Shown: one piece after another, positions 57,537 through 64,000 of the stretch | Layout: each line of letters begins with the position of its first letter | How positions within the stretch are numbered: the first letter of the stretch is position 1 | NCBI GenBank assembly: GCA_049520915.1 | Contig: JBEKPH010000006.1 | Span: forward strand, 50,382-114,381 | Direction: 5' to 3' | DNA from: Terriglobales bacterium | GTDB taxonomy: Bacteria > Acidobacteriota > Terriglobia > Terriglobales > Acidobacteriaceae | Length of the DNA stretch: 64,000 bases | Made by a program: the position numbers and the translations under genes | Notes under the pieces: model-generated | The model's database searches: none | What the model was told of the DNA's origin: nothing | What the model saw: only the letters and a program-made list of their open reading frames with translations

Positions 57537-58654
57537 TGGGTGCTGCGTTACCCGATTACAGCTTCGGACGGAAGAAGAGTGGAAAACATCATGCAAGTGG
57601 GTCTCGTTCGGGATCTCCCGAAGGAAAAAGACGCATGGCGTGAAGTGGACAAGCTCGGACTGTCCGTCAAAATCAACGGAGATCCCTGTTTCGGTCGCAT
57701 TCGGTTTAGCTCTCTGGCGGAACATTACTTGAAGGCCGATTTCGGCGCAGATGCTGTGCGGCCGAAATCGGTAAACACCATCCCCATCGTTGAGCATTAC
57801 GTCCGTGATTACCTCATCAAGAGATTCGGTGAAAATATCGCGGAGGACATCAAACCACTTGAAATTCAGAAGTGGCTGAAATCCCTCAACGAAACCAACG
57901 GGCTTGCCTGGCCGACGATTGCGAAGATACGGGGCCTCATGCTCCGCATCTACAAGATCCGCCTCCGTCACGAACACGTCGCGAAGAATCCCGTGCTGCA
58001 CGTCGAGACGCGTTCCAAGTCCACTTACCGGGCGATCATCATCACCCCGGCCCAAACGCTGACCATACTCAAATCTCTCGTCTCCCCGCTTCACTACACA
58101 TTAGTGCTCACCTGTGCGGCGACCGCGCTGCGGTCGTCGGAGACTCTGGCGCTACGCTGGGCGGACGTGCTGTGGAGTGAAGGAAAGATTAGGGTATCGA
58201 AGCGCTGGGCCAAGGGCGAAGACGGAGAAACGAAAACCAATGCGCCGGACGGCTACGTCCCGCTGCATCCGGTCCTCGCGGGGCATCTTCTCGCGTGGCA
58301 AAGACAGACACCGCATGCGAAGGCAACCGACTTCATGTTTCCGTCGATGAGAGCAGGGGAAGGAAACCACTCTGCTCCTCCGTATTCGTCGCCGACCATT
58401 TGCGACCTGCCGCGAAGAAAGCTGGAGTACACATCGAGGACGGGCCACGGTTCGGTCTTCACAACTCGCGTCACAGCTTAAGCAACTGGCTGGTGAACAT
58501 GGCGAAAGTCGAACCTAAGACCGTGCAGGGACTCTTGCGTCACAGCAAGATTCAAACGACCCTCGATCTGCACACTCAGGAGGACAGCGACGAGACACGG
58601 GCGGCGCAGGGTGAATTCCTGACAGCCGTGGGGATGAATGTAACGGTACAGTAG
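57537..58654 (+). pseudogene. Tyrosine recombinase (phage-type integrase) remnant: no own start, one frameshift, catalytic Tyr replaced by His
   Basis: WVLRYPITASDGRR..., CAATALRSSETLALRW (Arg I). The frame switches near 58355-58366 (track ORFs 56508..58481 and 58295..58654). GLHNSRHS (H-x-x-R). LLRHSKIQTTLDLHTQ has CAC (58571-58573) where the family has the nucleophilic Tyr. Confidence 0.75.
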
Positions 58655-58703
58655 ATGTGGGTTGGAGTTTCCGGTGTCACGTCCGGTAACTCTTTGAAAA
58701 GAA

Positions 58704-58748
58704 TGGCGGGGACGACGAGACTCGAACTCGCGACCTCTGCCGTGACAG
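58704..58748 (-). other. 3' half of tRNA-Asp(GTC): anticodon loop to CCA only; probable att-site remnant, not a functional tRNA
   Basis: Minus strand is CTGTCAC-GGCAG-AGGTC-GCGAG-TTCGAGT-CTCGT-CGTCCCC-G-CCA: anticodon loop with GTC, 3' anticodon stem, variable loop, T-arm, 3' acceptor, discriminator G, CCA. This layout matches E. coli tRNA-Asp. The expected 5' strand (GGGGACG..., D-arm, CTGCC) is absent upstream. Confidence 0.65.
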
Positions 58749-58942
58749 TGAAGTCTTCAAGCGTAACTAGCTGAAAACACGCGGCACGGATGGCGCTACA
58801 GAAACGTTTTAATGACTCTCGGAAACAGCTCGTGGACCCTTATTGGACCATAATTTCTTGTGTGCTTTCACACGGCAGAGGTTGGCGCTTGCTCAGCTCG
58901 GCAACGAGACAGCATCGACTCTCCACGCGGGGGGTAGCACTG

Positions 58943-61900
58943 CTATTGCACCTTCTCGTACTCAGCTCTGGCTTGTTTCAGGATGGGGATTGCCGGATCA
59001 GCATCCTGCCAGAGCTTCAGAAAATCGTCATACGCAAATTTGGCGTGCGTCCGGTCACCAGCCATGACGTATGCCCGCGCTAGTTGCACGGACGCCAGCG
59101 CGCCGATCGGATCACTGACCACAATTCCGCGATGCTCTCGAATCCTCCGGAACTCGGCCACGGCTTCCGCTCCCCGGTTCGCCGCAAGGTAGGCTTGGCC
59201 TCGAACATAGCTCGGATATAAATTTCCGAATAATCCGGCGAAACTGCTGCGATGCGAGCCCAGTTCATAGGGAGCGGCAGGCTGCAGCAGTTCAAGCGCT
59301 TTCGATGGCTGGTCTTGGTTCAGCACAATCATGGCTCGCAGAGTAGGCAAATAACTAAATCGCACCGACGTGTCTTCCGGAAATCGTTTCTCCAGATCTG
59401 CTGCTAAGGTTGAGGACTGCGAGGTATCTCCAGCGATCGCGAGCGCCAGTCCTGCGCCGTACTCCACTTCGCGGTCATTCGACAAGAGCAGCGCTGCATT
59501 GGCGCGCTCGCGGGCAGCAACAACGTTTCCGAAGAAAGCTTCCCGGAGAGCGGCTCCTGCCTCAAACAAGCCCGCTCTTTCGCGATGCGCCGCCTGTTGA
59601 GCTGTGTCTACGGCACTGCGCGACAACTGCCTCGCCTGTTGCAAGTGCCCGGTATACGCCAGGGCGAACGCCTCGTGGTTCGCGATTCGGGCCTCGCCTC
59701 CCGGGCTGGACTTGGCTACACTGATTTCGCGCTCCATTCCGCCAGCATCCCCTTTAAGAAACGCCATGTCGTACCGCAGTGCCGTAAGTTGAGGGCTATC
59801 TAAATTTCGTGCAGTGCCGGTGGCGATGATATTTTCGGCGTCATCCATGCGTTCCAGGGCAATGTAATCGCTGGCAAGAACAGCATAAGGAAATATGGAA
59901 TCCGGATCGATCGCCATCACTTTTTGTGATTCTTCAATCGAATTCTCATACCTGCCGGATGCGAGATAAATAAATCCCGCCAGGAAGCTGTGGGGAAGTC
60001 TCTCCCGGGGATAGGTCTGCAGCCACAAGCTGCAGGTCTGTTCCGCCTTTTCCAGATTCCCCGTAGCCCGCCCGTCGTAGTAAGCCAGGATAAAAAACTT
60101 TTCCGCGTCGCTGGCATGCTCCCGTAGTTCATAAGCCCGGCTGGTGTTTTCTGCGGCCAGCGCCGACTCGCCACCATCTCCATACATAAGCCCCAGCGCC
60201 GCGTAGGCGCTGGCGAATTTCGGATCGAGATCAATGGCGCGCTTGAAAAACGGAATGGCAGCACCAGACCCTTTCGACCACGTGACTTGCCACCCCGCGC
60301 TATAGGCTTTCAGCGCTTCCATGGAAGAGGTTGTCGCTTCGGCAAGCGGGGTGTTGTACTTCTGAACCGTGATCAACGATTCGCCGACCCGGCTCCTGAA
60401 CTTGCTGGCAATCTCTCCGAGGGCGTTCAAAACATCTTCTTTTCTCGCCGCTTGAATCTGTTCTTCTACCAGGACGTTGCCAGTGTGGCAATCCTTCGCG
60501 CGCAAACCTACGACATACTGGCTTCCAAGGCTCGCGATCGTTCCGTCCAAAACTGCAGCACTGCCGGTTCGCTCGCATATGTCGCGCGCAATCCCGGGCG
60601 TCAGACGAGCATCCGCTGGCTGACCCATCAGGCGGAGCACTGCCTGCATCCGCTCTTCCGAGATAAGACTTAGAAACGGCGACTGCTCGAGCTGCACCGC
60701 CAGGCCCTGCCGCAAGGTTCCGTCAAACACTGGATCGCCGGTTGAGTTTGCGAAGTCCGCGAGGACAATGGTGTCTTGGTCGGTCAGCTTGGGCGCGCGA
60801 CGGAGATACAAATATCCTCCAACCGACAAGATCAACACCGCCGCAACTGCCGCAACTACAATCCCACGTTTCTTGATATGGGCCGAGATTCCGGCGGCGG
60901 TTGTCGTCGGCAGTTGCGCCGAATCCGTGTCGCGCCTCAGCCGTCTTAGATCTGCCCTGATTTCCGAGGCGTGTTGATAGCGAAGATTCAGGTCTTTCTC
61001 CAGACATTTGCCAATGATCCTCTCCAGTTCGACTGGTAGATCAGCATTCAATCGCACAGCAGGGACCGGTGCACGATTCAGAATGGAGTCAAACACTAGT
61101 CCTGTGCTTTCGCCGCGGAAGGGCAAGGTTCCGGTTGCGGACTCGTAGAGCACGACGCCGAAGGAGAAAAGATCAGAGCGAGAGTCCAGTTCTTTTCCTC
61201 GCACTTGCTCGGGTGACATGTATGAGACTGTGCCGACCGCGGTGCCTGGGTTGGTAAGAGATTCCTCCTTCGTCGAGGCGTCAATGTTCAGGCGTTCGCC
61301 TTTGATGGAAAGCTTGGCCAAGCCAAAATCGAGGATCTTGGCGTGTCCGCTCTTGGTGACAAAGATATTCGCGGTCTTGATGTCACGGTGCACGATGCCA
61401 GCGGCATGCGCGGCGTCTAGTGCGTCCGCAATCTCGACGCCCAGCGACAAAATCGAATCGGTCTCCATGGGACGCCCAGCGATGCGGTGCTTCAGCGTCA
61501 CACCGTCCAGAAATTCCATAGCGATGAAAGACTGCTCGCCCTGTTTACTGATTTCGTAGATAGTGCAGATATTGGGATGATTGAGCGCCGAGGCCGCGCG
61601 GGCTTCACGGCGGAAGCGTTCCAGAGCTTGCGGGTCGCGGGACATTCCTTCGGGGAGAAATTTCAGGGCTACAAAGCGACCCAACTCAGTGTCCTCAGCC
61701 TGATAAACGACGCCCATCCCGCCGCTGCCCAGCTTTCCCACGATGCGGTAATGGGACACGATGCATCCGATCGGAAAACTGCTGCTCTCATGCATGACGT
61801 TGTCTTGTCTCTGCGCCAGAGCTCGCGCGGCCGCGTCGATTGCGGGACTTTCGAGAAAGCTTCCAGCTTTCTGCTGTGCCTTCAGCAATGAGCGGACTTC

Positions 61901-62020
61901 GCGTTCCAGCACCTGGTCGCCGGCACAAGCCTGACGCAGAAAAACTTCGCGCTCACCAGGAGGGTGCTCCAGAACTGATTGCAGTAGACTGTCGATCTGT
62001 TTCCACCGTTCAGGTTCCAT
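58943..62020 (-). CDS. Ser/Thr protein kinase with TM segment and C-terminal TPR region (module 2)
   Basis: [34 protein letters not shown] and YMSPEQ. 52 of the first 71 residues are identical to the kinase at 17445..20546. Same 11-nt overlap with its sigma gene. Confidence 0.9.
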   Translation of the reverse strand: MEPERWKQIDSLLQSVLEHPPGEREVFLRQACAGDQVLEREVRSLLKAQQKAGSFLESPAIDAAARALAQRQDNVMHESSSFPIGCIVSHYRIVGKLGSGGMGVVYQAEDTELGRFVALKFLPEGMSRDPQALERFRREARAASALNHPNICTIYEISKQGEQSFIAMEFLDGVTLKHRIAGRPMETDSILSLGVEIADALDAAHAAGIVHRDIKTANIFVTKSGHAKILDFGLAKLSIKGERLNIDASTKEESLTNPGTAVGTVSYMSPEQVRGKELDSRSDLFSFGVVLYESATGTLPFRGESTGLVFDSILNRAPVPAVRLNADLPVELERIIGKCLEKDLNLRYQHASEIRADLRRLRRDTDSAQLPTTTAAGISAHIKKRGIVVAAVAAVLILSVGGYLYLRRAPKLTDQDTIVLADFANSTGDPVFDGTLRQGLAVQLEQSPFLSLISEERMQAVLRLMGQPADARLTPGIARDICERTGSAAVLDGTIASLGSQYVVGLRAKDCHTGNVLVEEQIQAARKEDVLNALGEIASKFRSRVGESLITVQKYNTPLAEATTSSMEALKAYSAGWQVTWSKGSGAAIPFFKRAIDLDPKFASAYAALGLMYGDGGESALAAENTSRAYELREHASDAEKFFILAYYDGRATGNLEKAEQTCSLWLQTYPRERLPHSFLAGFIYLASGRYENSIEESQKVMAIDPDSIFPYAVLASDYIALERMDDAENIIATGTARNLDSPQLTALRYDMAFLKGDAGGMEREISVAKSSPGGEARIANHEAFALAYTGHLQQARQLSRSAVDTAQQAAHRERAGLFEAGAALREAFFGNVVAARERANAALLLSNDREVEYGAGLALAIAGDTSQSSTLAADLEKRFPEDTSVRFSYLPTLRAMIVLNQDQPSKALELLQPAAPYELGSHRSSFAGLFGNLYPSYVRGQAYLAANRGAEAVAEFRRIREHRGIVVSDPIGALASVQLARAYVMAGDRTHAKFAYDDFLKLWQDADPAIPILKQARAEYEKVQ

Positions 62021-62624
62021 CGGTCGCCCCGCCAGTCAGTTCACGGTAGAGCCAGGCCTTGGCGGTGCTCCAGTCGCGCATCACAGTGACAGAGGAAATT
62101 TTGAGCACTTCTGCCGTTTCCTCCACACTGAGTCCCGCAAAGAATCGCATCTCGACGACCTGCACTTTACGGGGATCGACCCGCGCCAGAGCTTCGAGCG
62201 CGTCATCGAGAGCCACCAGGTCGGCAGCGCGATCGCCGCCGACTTCGGCGGTGTCTTCCAAGGAAACATGCAGCACCTCGCCACCTCGCTTTAAGTTGTG
62301 GCGCCGCGCATGGTCTACCAGAATGCGCCGCATCAACTGGGATGAAACCGCGAAGAAATGGGCCCGATTCTGCCACCGCATGCTCTTGTAATCCACCAGC
62401 CGCATATAGGCTTCATTGACCAGGGTGGTTGCCTGCAGGCTGTGACCGGGACGCTCGCCTCGCATGTACCGGCTAGCGAGGCGGTGGAGTTCGTCATAAA
62501 CGATGGGGGTCAGCCGGTCGAGCGCAGATCGATCTCCATCGCTCCAAGCTCGAAGCAACCCGCTCACTTCCCAATTGTCGGGGTCCGGCGAGACTTTGCT
62601 CACCGGCTGCTCTGAGTTGCCCAT
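62010..62624 (-). CDS. ECF sigma factor (TIGR02999/ECF43-like), full-length paralogue
   Basis: Start ATG 62624 ([10 protein letters not shown]). [13 protein letters not shown]...[11 protein letters not shown]...[32 protein letters not shown]...[54 protein letters not shown]. Confidence 0.85.
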   Translation of the reverse strand: MGNSEQPVSKVSPDPDNWEVSGLLRAWSDGDRSALDRLTPIVYDELHRLASRYMRGERPGHSLQATTLVNEAYMRLVDYKSMRWQNRAHFFAVSSQLMRRILVDHARRHNLKRGGEVLHVSLEDTAEVGGDRAADLVALDDALEALARVDPRKVQVVEMRFFAGLSVEETAEVLKISSVTVMRDWSTAKAWLYRELTGGATDGT

Positions 62625-62696
62625 GGCCCCTCGCACGGGAATCATACCCTGCCCAGCCTGCCCTTCCCAGCCCTTCAAAGATAAAGATGCGTCCGG

Positions 62697-62727
62697 ATGA
62701 TAGGTCCGCGCCACAGATTGCGCCTAC
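62697..62727 (-). promoter_or_regulatory. Conserved 31-nt element upstream of the ECF sigma gene (copy 2)
   Basis: See 21088..21118. It sits at the same position relative to the GTG-initiated track ORF in both modules. Confidence 0.35.
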
Positions 62728-62795
62728 CTAGACGGGAGCGAAATAAGCTCAAGAATATCAGCCGCAAACGACGCGGACAAAACTTAGGAGGCCAC

Positions 62796-64000
62796 ATGAA
62801 ATGCCAATCCCTGCTGTCGCTTTCGGCATGGTTACTCGCGGTGCTGGCGGTTCCACTGACTATAACCGCGCAGGACACTCAGCAACGTCCTCTCACGCAA
62901 TACACAGTGACCGACCTCGGCACTTTGCCTGGCGGGAATTTCAGCCAGCCGTTTTTCGTTAACCGGTACGGTCTGGTGAGTGGCTCTTCGAGCCTCGCGG
63001 ACGGCAGCCAGCATGCAACTCTCTGGCTTGACGGACTGATGGGCGACATTGGCGCGCCCGGATTGGGAGGACCCAACAGCATCGCGTTTGGCGACGACGA
63101 AAGATTCCAGTCCGCCGGTGAAGCTGAAACCTCTACTCCGGATCCCAACGGGGAAGATTTTTGCGGGTTCGGCACCCACCTCACCTGTTTACCTTTCTTG
63201 TGGCAGGACGGAAAAATGGTTCAGCTCCCGACACTCGGTGGCAGCAATGGCGCGGCGAATGCGATCAGCAATCGTGGGAAAGTGGCAGGATTTGCGGAGA
63301 ACTCGACGCCGGACTCAGGATGCCCGGCTCCCCAGCTTCTCCAATTTAAGCCCGTCATCTGGGAAAAAGGAGCGATTCACAGACTGCCTACGGTTGGGGG
63401 CGATCCAGACGGCGTCGTCTACAACATCAACGACAGCGGAGAGGTTGTCGGCGCGTCGGGCACCTGTGCAACTTTCAATCCGAGCTTCCTCAACAGCCTG
63501 CTGGCGGTTCATGCCTTGCTCTGGGAAAACGGCAAAGCGACAGACCTCGGCAATCTCGGCGGCCAAACCGGACAAGCGGGCGGAAATGCTGCCTATAGCG
63601 TTAATAACCGAGGTGAGGTCGTCGGTGGCTCGGACCTTTCGGGCGACACAACTTTTCATGCTTTTCTCTGGACCAGAGAAATAGGGATACAGGATTTAGG
63701 CACACTCTCCGGCGACTTGGCGAGCAACGGTATCAGCATCAACGATGAAAGCACTGTGGTTGGCGTGTCTCTGGACGCGAACTTCAACCCGCGGGCGTTT
63801 CTGTGGGAGAAAGGACTGATGACCGATCTGAACGCACTGGTTGCGGGGGATTCTCCCCTGTATCTGCTCACTGGTTGCTCCATCAATTCGCGCGGAAAAA
63901 TCACTGGCTTGGGTCTCACCAGCACCGGGGAGATTCACACCTATCTGGCGAGCCCGATACAAGGTGGTGCGGCCAGTGAGAGTACTGCACAAGGCGTGAT
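62796..64000 (+). CDS. Secreted HAF-family extracellular repeat protein (3' end beyond the window)
   Basis: Absent from the track (no stop in the window). TAGGAGG-n5-ATG 62796. Signal MKCQSLLSLSAWLLAVLAVPLTITAQ. Repeats of N..G.VvG.S......HA.LW..G...DLG: HATLWLDG, LPFLWQDG, KPVIWEKG, HALLWENG, HAFLWTRE, RAFLWEKG. Confidence 0.75.
   Translation, partial: MKCQSLLSLSAWLLAVLAVPLTITAQDTQQRPLTQYTVTDLGTLPGGNFSQPFFVNRYGLVSGSSSLADGSQHATLWLDGLMGDIGAPGLGGPNSIAFGDDERFQSAGEAETSTPDPNGEDFCGFGTHLTCLPFLWQDGKMVQLPTLGGSNGAANAISNRGKVAGFAENSTPDSGCPAPQLLQFKPVIWEKGAIHRLPTVGGDPDGVVYNINDSGEVVGASGTCATFNPSFLNSLLAVHALLWENGKATDLGNLGGQTGQAGGNAAYSVNNRGEVVGGSDLSGDTTFHAFLWTREIGIQDLGTLSGDLASNGISINDESTVVGVSLDANFNPRAFLWEKGLMTDLNALVAGDSPLYLLTGCSINSRGKITGLGLTSTGEIHTYLASPIQGGAASESTAQGV

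Noticed and set aside
58704-58800. A complete tRNA gene next to the integrase remnant.
   Set aside because: Only the anticodon loop through CCA folds as tRNA-Asp. The sequence upstream lacks the complementary 5' anticodon-stem strand (cttca instead of ctgcc), the D-arm and the 5' acceptor strand GGGGACG. It is therefore reported as a fragment only.
1-64000. Scan for CRISPR arrays, rRNA genes, intact tRNAs, long perfect repeats and intact IS elements.
   Set aside because: No regularly spaced direct repeats, rRNA-like segments or complete cloverleafs were seen by eye. The only transposase and integrase sequences are the remnants listed. A computational scan (tRNAscan-SE, Infernal/Rfam, CRISPR detection tools, ISfinder BLAST) is still needed to be sure.

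Overview
GC-rich bacterial chromosomal segment. The gene content looks like Acidobacteriota (Terriglobia-type): CarboxypepD_reg-type TonB-dependent receptors, ECF sigma + Ser/Thr-kinase-TPR pairs, HAF-repeat and ASH/choice-of-anchor-D-like secreted proteins, and a DUF3300/DUF2950 pair. The taxon is inference only. From 1 to 17.3 kb: a CarboxypepD_reg-porin fusion, an HTH-Mop regulator, an RND efflux operon (TolC-like, AcrB-like, adaptor), an RraA-like gene, two tandem small secreted paralogues, a HugZ-like protein, a secreted phosphoesterase with two tandem beta-sandwich repeats, a Tat-exported transglutaminase-like protein, a MetE-like protein and an MFS transporter. Two paralogous ECF-sigma + STK-TPR modules (17.4-21.0 kb and 58.9-62.6 kb, both minus strand) bracket about 38 kb. 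That stretch holds secreted proteins of unknown function, an Ada-AlkA fusion, an FHA/STK signalling cluster, DUF3300/DUF2950, a multicopper oxidase and a second phosphoesterase. It also holds the most unusual locus: a tightly coupled operon of a 1,521-aa TonB-dependent receptor plus three Cys-rich lipoproteins (43.4-53.9 kb), divergent from an oversized PstS-like binding protein. The bracketed stretch is also rich in gene remnants. These include a gene with a stop at codon 2, a GroEL apical-domain-only ORF, HtrA, Crp, ArsM-like and OYE fragments, an IS5/IS1182-like transposase remnant, and a triply inactivated integrase fused to a hydrolase ORF next to a tRNA-Asp 3' half. No rRNA, intact tRNA or CRISPR array was seen. 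All calls rest on reading the translations and DNA by eye; no database search was run.
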